From the human T2T-CHM13v2.0 reference genome, Homo sapiens: 64,000 nt of DNA. The stretch lies in the NCBI RefSeq assembly GCF_009914755.1, contig NC_060925.1. The stretch is one strand, 5' to 3'. Positions 1 to 18,494 of the stretch are shown here, in pieces (position 1 is the stretch's first letter; every line of letters begins with the position of its first letter). The translations under genes were made by a program, and so were the position numbers. The notes below the pieces were generated by a model that had not been told where the DNA came from, made no database searches, and saw only the letters and a list, made by a program, of their open reading frames with translations.

Positions 1-362
1 CAATAATTATGTGTCAATTAAGTTTTTTAAAAATAAGACAACTGAAGATCAATAGAGAACTAAATGGCCACTCTTTGAATCATTTCTCAACCAACTATAT
101 TTTAGTGTCTATCTCACTTAGGTATATGCCAGACATTGACTTCACAATGAAGAGCAAGAATGATAAAATACAGTTCCTACCCTAAGAAGCACAGAATCTT
201 CTTTATGGAGAAATATATCAGGTATTTCTATTTACATCAGGTAGGGGAATGAGTTTAAAGGGAAATAAGGCTTAAGAATTATCAAAATAAATTATATATG
301 TTTCAGTTATATTTCCCGTTAAGTATTGTTAAACTGCAATCCTAAGATTTTTGTGAAAAATC

Positions 363-533
363 TTTTCTCTTTCTTTTTTTCTTTTTTAGAGACAGGGTCT
401 CCCTATCTTGCCCAGGCTGGTCTTGAACTCCTGGGCTCAAGCAATCCACCTGTCTTGGCCTCCCAGGTGCTGAGATTACAGGCGTGAGCCACCATAGTAC
501 TCGGATTACAGGCTTAAGCCACCATGCCTGGTC
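363..533 (-). mobile_element. FLAM/Alu monomer with internal 30-bp tandem duplication
   Basis: T-rich tail then agagacagggtctccctatcttgcccaggctggtcttgaactcctgggctcaagcaatcc...gattacaggcgtgagccacc; single monomer only. Confidence 0.85.
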
Positions 534-769
534 TTCAAAAACCTTCTTTTCCATTTCATTTCTCATCTAGACTTTGATATAATGCTTTAGTTCTGTTTCT
601 TCTCCCTTTTTGACATTAGGACTTTCTCTAACTTTCTATAAACTCTCTTATTTCTGTGTTATTAAAGCCATCTTCTTAAAAGGCTTATTATGTCACTCCC
701 TACTTCATAATCTTTAATGGTTACCTGTTAGAAGTAATATAAATTAGAGATCATGAAATTTGGAAAATG

Positions 770-900
770 CCAGAGTTAGTTTCAAGTATTCTGAGATATC
801 TGGTAAGTTACTTAACGTTTCTAATCCTCAAGGCACTTATTTGTAAAATACAGACACTAAACTTACTTTCCTCATAGGATTTTGGTGAGGACACATTCCC
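770..900 (+). mobile_element. MIR fragment
   Basis: ggtaagttacttaacgtttctaatcctca...atttgtaaaata...cctcataggattttggtgagga resembles MIR core. Confidence 0.55.
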
Positions 901-1820
901 TGGTGATTCCTGGTACTCAGTAAATTATGGCCATCACAGTGATTAAATATTGTGTATAAGATCCCATTCCTTTAACATATTTCTTGCCAGGGATACCATG
1001 GAACAGATTTCTCTTTGGCTAAGAGACTAGTCTAGATAATTGTAAAGTTGCCTTGAAAGATTTTCTGGATCCTTGGCCCATTCTAACACTATATTTGCAT
1101 TATACTCATGAAACAGCAGTGTTCAGTCTATAAATCCCTTGTAAAGGTTTTAAATAACTCTCAACACATCTCTTAAAGGCCATAAGATGGTAATAGGACA
1201 AAGGAGGGGATGTGCCTCTTGCATGCTGCCAATATTGGCTAGGTGCTAACCAGAGACACTGAGGAGAAGGACTTGGTAACGTGGTGGCAACATTCCCAAT
1301 GCCTTAAGCTGAGTAGTCCTCTCTTCTGCAGTGACTGATTGCTATTTATAGCCTTAATTTTTGGAGCTTCTAAGTAAGTGTCCTCAAAGGAACTTATCAA
1401 AGAAAAGCAGAAGCTAGAAGCAGCAGCCAATTTCCTTTATATAATTGTGATTTTGAATATAATGACATTGAAAATGATGCATTGAAGATAATGTATATCT
1501 TGTTTATATTTATGACTTATGAATTTCCAGTCTCTAAAAATGAGATATAATGTGTCTATGGTACCTACAGGTCTCAAGTACTTTTTCCAAAATGTCTGCA
1601 TATCCTGCCTTTGTATGTTCTTGAAGAGTGACTCAATCCCAGCAAGTTAGAGTCTTTGACATGGAAAGTTCCCTTCAAGGTGTCTTCCCCATTCTCTTTT
1701 CTTCCACAAAAAGAGACAGAAGAGAACAAGATGGTGTTGCTGAACTTCCAGCAGAGGAAGAGGAAGGGAAAAAGAAATTCAAGTTATCTTTCTTATCTCC
1801 ACACACATAGAGTTTTCCTT

Positions 1821-1920
1821 CATGGGAAGCTGAATCTTGATATGATCAGATATGGGATATCTTCTGTAATCATGGGAAGCTGAATCTTGATATGATCAGA
1901 TATGGGATACCTTCTGTAAT
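1821..1920. repeat. 50-bp tandem duplication (2 copies, 49/50 identical)
   Basis: catgggaagctgaatcttgatatgatcagatatgggata(t/c)cttctgtaat at 1821-1870 and 1871-1920. Confidence 0.97.
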
Positions 1921-2929
1921 GTTAGAGGGCCTGAGTTGATGGTCAAGCCTGAGGGCTAGAGGGGAAGGAGAACTATGTCATGTACAAAATAGGAGGAACT
2001 AATGTAAACGCTTTATAGAGTTCTCTAACAACAACAACAACAAAAAGACAAACAAAACACTTATTGGGTACAATACCAGTCCTTCCTTAGTTCTTTGATA
2101 GAAGAATATGATAAATAAGCTCTGTCTGAAATTTTCAAATTATTTAGCAAAAATTATTAGATGGAAGTGCTTGAAGTAATGGCAGTTTTTTTTTGTGGCA
2201 GTTCAGGGTATATATACAGAGCTAGGGTTAACTGGGTAAGTATCTTTTAGCTTAATGAACATGAAGCTTCATTCTACATATATAGAATTTATTTATTTAT
2301 GACTTCATAGATCATTGTTGTTGGAGACAAACAACAGTAAAGTGTTTGCCAAAAACTTTGAAAAATTAAATAAAATTGCTGTGAGACATACCTAAATATC
2401 ACAAGTAAAATATGCAATGCCATTTTACTAGTTAGGCTAGGCAAAGTTTCATTATAGTGAAAATCAACTGCAAAATCTCCATGGATTACTCATCATGATT
2501 TGTTTCTTGTTTATATAGTATGTGTCCTTCACATACTATAGCAAGTATCTTACCTAGAGCCCTGTGTTCCATATTTTCCTTCTGTTGGGACCCAGAGTAG
2601 ACCTCAAGTAACCTCTTAAAAATTTGGTTTCCTTGAGGCTTTTCTAGAAAAAAAGAGAGGAATGGTCATGAGGATGCCAGCATCTAGTTCACTTAGTATA
2701 GTTCTATTTTAAATTAACACATCAATATCCTGGTTTTATAAATTGAGTTTTGTAAGCTTAGTTGGCTTGAATTAGCTTCCTCATTAAAAGGGGTTTGCTA
2801 CATACTTTTATAAACAAAACCATAAAGTGTGCACTTTATTCATGATTCAATATTAAGTATTTTTTTCTATTAGATTTCACAGTCAAATAAATCAATTTTG
2901 TGAGCCAGTATCTTTATGTTGTCATATAG

Positions 2930-3308
2930 AGGACTGTACAAGATGTTGCAGAAGAGATTAGTATTTGAATCAGTAGACTAAGTGAAGAAGATTGCCTTCA
3001 TCAATATGGGTGAACATTATCCTCTTTTTTGAGTACCTGAATAGAACAAAAAGGTGAAGGAAGAGTAAATTTTCTCTCCTGCTTGAGCTGTGATATCCAT
3101 TTTCATCTGCCCTTGGACATTGGCACACCTAGTTCTTGGGCTTTTGGACTTAGACTAGGGCTTACACATCATCCCCCTGCCAATTCTCAGACTTTCAGAC
3201 TTGAGCTGAATGACACCACTGACTTTCCTAGTTCTCCAGCTTGTAGACAGCAGATTAGGGAACTTCTCAGCCTCTATAACTGCATAAGCAAACCCCTGTA
3301 ATAAATGT

Positions 3309-3354
<46 letters not shown>

Positions 3355-3392
3355 TATTAGTTTGGTTTCTCTGGAGAACACTGATACATACA
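2930..3392 (+). mobile_element. MLT2 (ERVL) LTR
   Basis: gaagagattagtatttgaatcagtagactaagtgaagaagattgcc...ccagcttgtagacagcagat...atcctattagtttggtttctctggagaacactgatacataca (MLT2-type 3' end). Confidence 0.8.
3313..3352. repeat. (AT)20 microsatellite inside the MLT2 LTR
   Basis: perfect AT dinucleotide run. Confidence 0.97.
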
Positions 3393-3404
3393 GTAATGGT
3401 ACCA

Positions 3405-4050
<646 letters not shown>

Positions 4051-4114
4051 TGGGTTATGCAAAGAAAAGCAAGCAGCACCTCACTTCCCAGTACAAAAAG
4101 AAATCTGTACCCAT

Positions 4115-5180
4115 CATGTACTGGGAAGTGAGGTGCTGCTGTAACAAATATGTACAAACAAGAAAGCGGCTTTGGAACTGGGTAATGGGTAGAGGCTGGG
4201 AGAATTTTGAGAAGCATGAAAGAAAAAGCCTAGATTGCTTTGAAGAGACTACTGGTAGGAATATAAAGGCATTTCTAAGGAGTTATCAGAAGAAAACCAG
4301 AAACATTATTAGGAACTAAAGGAAATAATTTTTTTTTTTTTTTTTTTTTTTACAAACTGGCAGAAAACTTGCCTGAATTGTGTTATATTATTGGTTGGAA
4401 AGCAGAACTTGTAAACAATGAAGTTGGATATTTAGGCTTGTTTTCTTTTTTTTTTAACTGCTTAGAGTAAGATGAAACAGAAAAGATATAAACTGAGGGA
4501 GAGATGGTTAAGCAATTGAAAAACTTATTGGAAAATAAAAAAAAAGAAAATGATAAGCAAAAATAATAAGCATTTGATGGTTTGGGAAATTCTCAATCTA
4601 TCCAGATTACAAAGGATGCTAAAATTAGAGAATTCACTGTTGAGAAAATGTGCTCTGGAGAGAAGGTCAAGGGTATAGCTGGACAACTTATTATTGAAGA
4701 GATTAGCCATGTCACTCATGGGTCCAATCAACCATTTCAGAAGAAGCCAGGAATAAAAATGAACTTATCCAAGAAGAATCACTGGAGAACTCTATTGTCT
4801 AATGCAGTGAATACTCTTGACATACATGGGAGACCCATGATGTTTTTGGAAATGTTACATCAGTAGAAACACTGCCAGCTTGGACTGAAAGGGACAAAGA
4901 CTAGACAAAATTAAAAAACATTGATTAGATTCCCAATATTCTATAGGCAAGAAATGAACTGCTATAGCTACTCAGCTTCAAATATGTACTACCATTCAAG
5001 GAAAAGAAAGAATGATGCAGGGGGTGGAACTGTGGACCCAGAAGCTGATGATGGTGGAGCAGCTGCTAAGGAAATAGGAAAAGGGCCTATTTCTAAAAGT
5101 AAAGACTCAGGGGTGATGGAGCTGTGGGCCCAGAGCGTAGAACTGTGAGCCACAAAGGACTATTCTTAGGCCTTAAAACC
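4115..5180 (+). mobile_element. MaLR (MLT1) internal region
   Basis: gaagtgaggtgctgctgtaacaaat...ggctttggaactgggtaatgggtagaggctgg is the typical MLT1-int start. Confidence 0.7.
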
Positions 5181-5375
5181 ATAAGCCAAGGAGTGACAAG
5201 AGCCACCAGACGCTGGAAAAATCAATGAAGGATGCTTGCTTAGGGTCTTCGGGGTAAACAAGACCCTGCTGACACACTGATTTCAGACCTACAGAACTGT
5301 GAGAAATGAATTTCTATTGTTTTAAGCCACTAAGTTTGTGGTGATTTGTTAGGGCAGCCCTAAGAAGCCAAAGCA
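5181..5375 (+). mobile_element. MLT1 (B/C-like) LTR 3' part
   Basis: gccaaggag...ccaccagacgctggaa...ccctgctgacac...cagaactgtgagaaatgaatttctattgttttaagccactaagtttgtggtgatttgttagggcagcc. Confidence 0.8.
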
Positions 5376-5429
5376 TAACCTTATATTGCTTATTTGTACA
5401 CACTTATATTTAATTTTGTATTAAATACA

Positions 5430-6540
<1,111 letters not shown>

Positions 6541-6813
6541 ATGGGTTTATTATGGGAAAGTTTTGAATAACCTTTCAAAGTTGTGACAATAGAAATGAGA
6601 GAAAGACACTAATTCAAGACAGAAGGAATAAGTAATCGGTAGGGTGAGGTCCCAGAAAAGACAGAAGGAGATGGTTCGGAGTACTGGTGGGATGATTAGT
6701 CTCAGACAAGTGGCACATATGTTATGTGTGGCAAGAGGGAAGAGGGAAAGGATGGGATACAAGTGCCAGCAAGCGTGTGGGTTGCGGCAGGAAGACTTAG
6801 AGAAAGACATCTA

Positions 6814-7205
6814 TTGTATTGGTTGTTTACTGCAATGTAACCAATTACCCCAAACTTAGTGGCTTAAAACAATGAACATGTACTATCACATTGTTTCTGT
6901 GGGTGGGGTTTCTGGCACAACTTTAGCTGGGTGCCTCTCATTCAGAGTCTCTTACAATATAGCAGCCAAGTTGTCAGTCAGGGCTGCAATCATTTCAGAG
7001 CTCAACTGAGGGAGCATCCACTTTCAAGCTCACTCACATGGTTGCTGGCAGTTTCTTGTCATGTGTACCTCTTTACAGTCACCTTGAGAATGAGAGTCCT
7101 CACAACATAGTAGCTGGCTTCCCTCAGAGAGGGTGATTCAAGAAGGAGAAAGCCAGACAGAGCACCCAAGATGAGAACCACACAGACTTCTTATGACCTA
7201 ATACT
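6814..7205 (-). mobile_element. MLT1 (F/G/H-like) LTR
   Basis: gtaaccaattaccccaaacttagtggcttaaaacaa...ttagctgggtg...gcagccaagttgtcagtcagggctgca...caagctcactcacatggttg. Confidence 0.8.
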
Positions 7206-7799
7206 TTCCTGGTTCATCCTGGACTTGTGAGATTCAATCTCCAAGTCAGTGCTTTCATCATAATTGCCTCTTCATCATGCCCATCCCTAAGTTCTTTTCT
7301 CCAGATTGTGCAGTAGCTCTGTTTTGGTTATTTACTTCTCTAGTCCAGTTGTATGTGTCCTTCCTTCTATTATTAAAATATCACAGCCATCCAGCCTCCT
7401 TTTTTGGAGATGTCCAAGTCATGCTGCTGTAGCTATTATAATTATTCTTATTTTCATTATGCGAACTCTTAGAAAACATGGTCACAATAGAGACAATATT
7501 AAAAAAATGAAACTAGCACTATCTCAGTACAAAGCACTGTAGTTAATCCACAAGATTAAAAGCACAAGTTAATCCACTTGAAGCAATGCAACAATGGATG
7601 ATTCATTATGCATTGTGAGCTGCAAATAATGGTTGCCAACATCAGTGGTCATGGGAAAAAAAATTAACAGCAGTAGCTACTACAGAGGGTGGATAATCTG
7701 TGTCACATTCATTTGATGTAAAAAGTAGTGTTACTTCCAGCCCTATTTTTTTTTTGGAGGCACAGTATGGGTTTTTCACTTTTACCCTAACCTCCCATA

Positions 7800-7910
7800 C
7801 CCATTGCCATTGGGACTTTCTGAATCCCAGGGAAGGGTTCTAGAGAGACAAAACTTTCAGTGCTAACACTGGGATAATCCCCAGGCAAACTGGGGTGGTT
7901 GGTCTTCTTA
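7800..7910. mobile_element. MER81-like hAT MITE
   Basis: actttcagtgctaacactgggataatccccaggcaaactggggtggttggtc resembles recalled MER81 right half. Confidence 0.6.
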
Positions 7911-9919
7911 TGTTATAAAGAGGTCCCAAAAAGATTGATGCCACTACCTGGTGGATGAATTCACATTGTGGGATATCCCTTACTTCTGTTTTTAAATTTG
8001 GCATGACCATCTCTGCTCACCAATATTCTGCAATGGTTTTCCCGAGGAATATCTTTCCTTCTCCACTTTTTCCCTCCTCCCTCACTACATACCTCTCACA
8101 GCACACTTTAAACTGGCCCTTCATTTTAGAGGCAAAAGTAAAAAGCACTGATAGAGCTTCACAAGAGAAAGGAAGAATGGAGGTAATTATCTGGACAACC
8201 TAGACAAAGAGGCTTATTATTGTTGCTACTTCAAAACAAGGCAGAAATGAGTGTGGGCTGTGAATAATGATCTGATCCTTGGATAAAAAGGAAATAGCTT
8301 GTCCTTCTGAGCCAGAGCCCTCTATAAAGTGCTCCAATTGAGGCCAACAGAAAGACAGAAAGATTCTGAAAAACCAGGTTTCTCCCTCTGAAGTGTCACT
8401 GAGAGTAAGAGGCTCTGGCCAGATCTCTAAAAACTATCTTTGTTCTTTAACTTCCCTGTGTCTTTTAAGGAAGGCTTTATTTCTCAGGGGTTTGTCTATA
8501 GCAACAGCTCTTCACCACTTGTCTCTAGAAATGAGCTTCCTCTTATTTTGTTACTGATGAGTTCCAAATCCCTTCCCTCCACTCAGGGGCCAGTGTCAGA
8601 ATGGAGTGTGGTTTGTGACCAACTGGGTCAGCCATTTTAACTTGGAGCACAGTTTTACATGTTTACCATATTTTAAAAAATCTCTTTCCTTCTCTATTTT
8701 TGCTTATTTTTACTTGTGATGATTACTCACCATTGTCCACTAGTCTCCTCCTTTACTGCAGGTACACAATCTACAAAAGGTGTTGGAGCACTAAATCCTT
8801 CTATCTAGTTGAGTGAGGGGCTAACTTTTGCCTAATAGGCCCATTTTCATAGGGCTGCCTCTGACTGAAAGGCCTTACTTGCAGAAAAACAAACAAAAAG
8901 CCAAATGAGGACTTGCGAGCAACCTAACTTTCTTTTAGGATTTAAAAGATTCACTTTTTCTCTACTGATTTTGTTTTGGGGGAAGAAGACTGTCTTAATG
9001 ACCTGTTGTCTGAATTTCCCCAATTTTCTGTGTTGTTCATTTATAAGGTGCTTACTAGCAAAATCAAAAAGTTTCTGCAAAGTTTTAAACACTTTTATAA
9101 AAACAAAATAACAACAAAAAAGTGCATGTATTTTCTCAATAATATTTTAGCCATACTGAATTGTGCCATGGCCTATGGACACATTCCTGAGTACCTCCAG
9201 GGATGAGAAGTGGAGTCTGGGTGAAAATGTAAAGAAAAGGCTTTATTTACAAAGCCTCATGTATTCCAGCCTCCCTCATCTTCACTGTAGAGCTGCTCAA
9301 GTTAATGGAGCCTGTACACAACTTTCGGGAAGAAGAGGCTGCTGTGGGAGGGCAGGATGGTTTTCCTTTGTCATGGAAAGATTTTCAGTTTGATGGGGGA
9401 AACAGAGGGAAAAATATCCAGAGTGACCAGCTGGAATTTAGGGTAATGTTTTTAAAAAGATGGGATTGTTAAAACCATATTTCACCCAGCTGTCTTTGAT
9501 GGTGACTACATCTCACAAAGCACAGCAGTCCTTTGCTTGGTGCTGTCTGGGATCCCAGCCCTTGGCATTGTAGAAATGCTAGAGAGTAAATTCATTTGCT
9601 GCCAGGAGTGTTCTCAGTGCCAGGCAAGCATCTTTGCTTTTGTCTTTTTCCAAGTTTTTCATTTGCTTAGCAGTGGTCTTCAAACCAACCTCCTAGAGAG
9701 CATATTCCACGCTCCAAAACTAAAATGTTTAGTGCTAAAGTGTTCCACCACTAATGCAGAATAATAGTGGCTACATCCCAATTCACAGAGAAAACAAAAT
9801 TACAGAATGGATTGATACCTGATTTTAGCTATTACTCCCATAAATATTGGCAGTGCTTCAACACCTGAATAAACAATTAGCTCATAAAACTAGAAATATA
9901 AGAAATATTTATTAAGGTG

Positions 9920-10060
9920 ATTGAACTTGGAATCCTGACTCTGCCACTTATGTAGGCAAGTTAATCCACTGCTCTCTAGCTTCAGTTTTATCATCTGTAA
10001 AACGGGCATATAAAAATCCTTAGTTCATTTGGTGGCTGTATTAAATTATACATTAGTATG
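9920..10060 (+). mobile_element. MIR fragment
   Basis: aatcctgactctgccactta...ggcaagttaa...cttcagttttatcatctgtaaaacggg. Confidence 0.7.
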
Positions 10061-10147
10061 GTAACTTGAATGTGTTACACACTCAAAAAATACTCATTTT
10101 AAAAAAGATATGGATACTGGAAAATATGAAATGTAATCCTTTAGTAA

Positions 10148-10583
<436 letters not shown>

Positions 10584-11259
10584 GTTATAGTTTCTTATTT
10601 ATCCTTGAGGTCAACTTCAGTGAAAGTGTTTCCTTATATATTTGCCAACATTTCCATCTTCTTCTAGGAAGATAGGGATCCTTGTGCTAAGACCTACATT
10701 TTGGATTCTGTTTTTTTGTTCCTCTTCAATTGTGGTGTCATTCTTTTCTGGCCTCAATTCAGGAGTGGCTCAATTATGGGATGAGTTTTCCTTTGGCTAC
10801 GTCTCTCTGAATGCCCGTATCACACCCAAGCTCCTGTGCCTCTTTCACAAAGTCTTACCCTCCTACTATGCCAGACCTCGGCACTGTCCATCTTTCACCT
10901 CTGTTATGTGTGAATCCATACAGCAGTGATCTTACCTAATTAGATGTAAATTGACATTGTCTTGATTTTTTTTTCAGTATTTGTTTCTTTTGTGTCTGTA
11001 TTATCTCCGTGACTAGATTATGAGATATTTAAGATCAGGACCATCATATGATGTACATATTTTTATTTATTGTTAACCCTTGTAGCCCCTAGCAGAGTGT
11101 AGCACTCACATCTGGTGCTCAGTGAGTACTAGCTTCCAAACTCCTTCCTAATTCAAAGTTGAAGGCATTTAGGGAGCTGAAAAGAAGGATTTACTCAGGC
11201 AACCTAAAACGGCAAGTAAGAATGTAGAATTGATACTAATAATGAATCAGCATATGGTG

Positions 11260-11450
11260 TTCAGAGTATGTTTTATCCTGTCTCAGCTGATGCTCACAAG
11301 AATGCAGTGTGGTACAGAGGAATTATTATAATTATCTTCATTTTACAGACAAAATCTCTGCCTCGTGAGGACTGAGTCACTTGCCCAAAGCTGTGCAGAT
11401 TGAACATTGTAGAGGGGGAAGAGAGGCAGGTAATCTGACTCTGTATCCCA
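11260..11450 (-). mobile_element. MIR fragment carrying an AP-1 motif (tgagtca 11373-11379)
   Basis: attatcttcattttacagac...gactgagtcacttgcccaaag. Confidence 0.65.
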
Positions 11451-12040
11451 CACCCCCCAACTCTGCTGTGCTGCTGCTTTCCCAACCTGGTTGGCGAAAT
11501 ATTTTCCTACAAAACTTCCTCTATAACTGTACACACCTGGTCCAAGGCATGAGGTTTCACACTTAGCCCCTGGAAGCCAGAGCCTTCATCATGAAGAAAT
11601 TTCTTTCCTGATTTTCTCTGATGAATGAAATTTACCTAAGGCTTGTGATCTTGGTTAGAAGCAGATTATTTGCATTTTAAATTAAAATGTCGTCCTTCAG
11701 AAAAAAACATTTGCCTAGGAATTTAGCAATTACACCAGGTGCACAGATACGGAAGTCAGGTCAATGCAGAATGCAGAAGGCAGCTGGCACATGCAGAGTG
11801 GAGCTAGCATGTGGTCTGAGGGCAAAGCTGAGGCTAAAATCTCTGGTCTGCGATTAGGAGGTCTGTCTTGTTGAGATCCTTCAAAGCTATTCCTACTGAT
11901 GGTACTTTGAGGAAGCAAGCCACAGTCCCTGGCTTCTCAGGATTCACCTTGGGGAAAAAGAATGACCATATGGGAGTTGGATGAAAGCTGAAAATTTGCC
12001 TCAAACATCTCCAAGAGGCTCTTCAAATATTCTCTTTTTT

Positions 12041-13358
12041 GAGGGACAATCACCTTTTCTTCATAAATTCACAGCTTTAGGAATATTTCACCATTCTTTA
12101 TAGGACATAGTAGCCTTTGTCTTTTTTTCCCTGACATTGGAAAGATGTGCTAATTGAAACTTAGTAGGAACATTGTGCCAACTTGAAACATTGATTTAGT
12201 AAAAATCTCAATGTTTAGATCCTTTGTCCAGTGATGGTGTTTATCAGGGAATGTATTCAGCTTGCTCAGAAAAACAAAAGGGCATTAAAGCCGCAAAAGC
12301 AAAGAAGAAAAAAAAAACTTCCCATGTTTGGATCTTGTTCTAGTTAGAAAAATTAAGTTGAAATTATTGGACTTTTTCATTCATGAGGCAAATGCTGTAA
12401 TACCTTGCCCTTTGACAGGTTTGGATTCTTAACATTACTAGTGGTATTTCAGGAAGTGAGGTTACAGTTACTTTAGTTATAGCGGCTAAGTGTATTAAGT
12501 TGAATGTAATGATGATAATATTAATTTGCTTGAACTGAGGCCCACTACTGATTCTTTAACAAATTGCTTGAATTCTTATATGTAAATAATTTTATGGGAA
12601 TGTTCCATCATAATTTCTAAATCGTTCATATATCAAGGTAGCCTTAATTTGTATATGTTTCAGTACAATGAGATTTTATTGCCTCTGTGATGCTGTTTAT
12701 TTTGTATTTTGTTGAACTTTTTTATCCTAGGAAGAGAAACCTGTGACTTCTGTACCTAGATCATCTGTTACATTAAAAAGCTGCTCTTTCAGCATTAGAG
12801 CTATAAATGAATGTTATCTTGTGGGGAAACAATCTAGGTTTTAGCTATATGAGCTATGTTTATTATGGTGCTTATGTTCAATAGCCACATTTCACTGATT
12901 TCTCCATTTTCTTTGATGCTGTGGCTAGCAGCAGAGCTCGCCAGTTCATGCCTGGACATACTGTCTTTGGGGTTGACTCTATATCTTTTTGATGTGGAAG
13001 TATAAAGCAAATATCTTGATTTCTAAACCCAGGAGCTTTTGAATTGACCTTTATGAGTGAAGACTTTTCGAGCTTTTAAAGATCTTGGCAGTCATGATCT
13101 CAAACCAATTTGGAGGTCCAAGCTCCCTTCCCAGGTAACTGTTGGGAGCAATGGCATCACTGTATGCCCTTGTAATGGCTCGAAGGGACATGATCTTGTA
13201 AGTAGGAAAGCTGTCACTTAAAATTGTATTGTTTGCTTATTAGCCATATATCTCTTAAACTTTTGTTATGTTTACAATGATGTACCTTATTGGCAACAAA
13301 TTATTAGTTTGATGTTTAACAGTAGTGTCTTTAGTAAATTATTTTACAACTAAAAAAA
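12041..13358 (+). pseudogene. 5'-truncated processed retrocopy of an mRNA 3'UTR; parent gene not identified
   Basis: 1.3 kb repeat-free AU-rich 3'UTR-like sequence ending in variant polyA signal agtaaa (13333-13338) and A7 (13352-13358); 17-bp direct repeats caaatattct(c/a)tttttt at 12024-12040 and 13361-13377; no ORF. Confidence 0.75.
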
Positions 13359-13624
13359 CCCAAATATTCTATTTTTTTCTTATTAAAAATATCTTTTTTT
13401 TTTTTTTTACTTTAAGTTCTAGGATACATGCACAGAACGTGCAGGTTTGTTACATAGGTATACATGTGCCATGGTGGTTTGCTGCATCTATCAACCAGTC
13501 ATCTAGGTTTCGGCCCCGTATGCATTAGCTATTTGTCATGATGCCATCCCTCCCCTCTCCCCCAACCCCATGACAGGCCCGAGTGTGTGTTGTTCCCCTC
13601 CCTTTGTCCATGTGTTCTCATTGT

Positions 13625-17403
<3,779 letters not shown>

Positions 17404-17466
17404 CATGATGCTATCTGGTTATTTTGCACAGTAGTTGATGCAGTTTCTTCATAGTGTCTTTGGTCT

Positions 17467-18494
17467 TTACAGTTTGGTGTATTTTTACAGTGGCTGGTAC
17501 CAGTTTTTTTTTTTGTTTGTTTTGTTTTTTTTTTCCATATTTAGTGCTTCTTTCAGGAGCTGTTGCCAGGCAGGCCTGGTGGTGATGAAATCCCTCAATA
17601 TTTGCTTGTCTGAGAAGGATTTTATTTCTCCTTCACTTATGAAGCTTTGTTTAGCTGGATATGAAAGTCTGGGTTGAAGATTCTTGTCTTTAAGAATGTT
17701 GAATATCAGACCCAAGTCTCTTCTGGCATGTAGGGTTTCTGCTGAGGGATCCATTGTTAGTCTGATGGGCTTCACTTTATAGATGACCTGGCCTTTCTCT
17801 CTGGATGCCTTGATATTGTTTCCTTCATTTCGACCTTGGAGAATCTGATGATTATGTTTCTTGAGGTTGATCTTCTCATGGAGTATCTTAGTGGTGTCCT
17901 CTGTTATTTCCTGAATTTGAATGTTGACCTGTCTTGCTATGTTGGAGAAGTTTTCCTGCATAATATCCTGAAGTGTGTTTTTCAGCTTGGTTCCATTCTC
18001 CCCGTCTCTTTCAGGTACTCAAATCAATCATAGGTTTGGTCGTTTTACATAGTCCCATGTTTCTGAGAAGTTTTGTTTTTTCTTTTTCAATCTTTTTTCT
18101 CTAATCTTGTCTGCCTGCCTTATCTCAGCAAGATGGTCTTCAAACTCTGATATTCTTTCTTCTGCTTGATTGATTTGGCTATTGATACTTGTGTATGCTT
18201 CACAAAGTTCAGCTCCATCTGGTCACTTATGTCCCTCTCTAAACTGGTTATTCTACTTAGCAGCTCCTCTAACCTTTTATCAAGGTTCTTAGCTTCTTTG
18301 CATTGGGTTAGAACATGCTCCTTTAGTTCAGCAGAATTTGTTGTTACCCACCTTCTGAAACCTGCTTCTGTCAATCCTTCCATCTCATCCTCCATCCAGT
18401 TCTGCACCCTTGCTGGAGAACTGTTGTTAACATTTGGAGAAGATGGACTCTGGCCTTTTGAGTTTTCAGCATTTTTTCATTGATTCTTTCTCAT
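17467..18494 (-). pseudogene. L1 ORF1 (RNA-binding chaperone), disrupted
   Basis: fragments QENFSNIARQVNIQIQEI, LQPRLSYPAK, FITTRPAWQQLLKEAL, ELKEHVLTQCKEAKNLDKRLEELL; early stop after MRKNQ. Confidence 0.9.

Noticed and set aside
12041-13358. Assigning a parent gene symbol to the retrocopy
   Set aside because: I could not match it reliably from memory; needs BLAST
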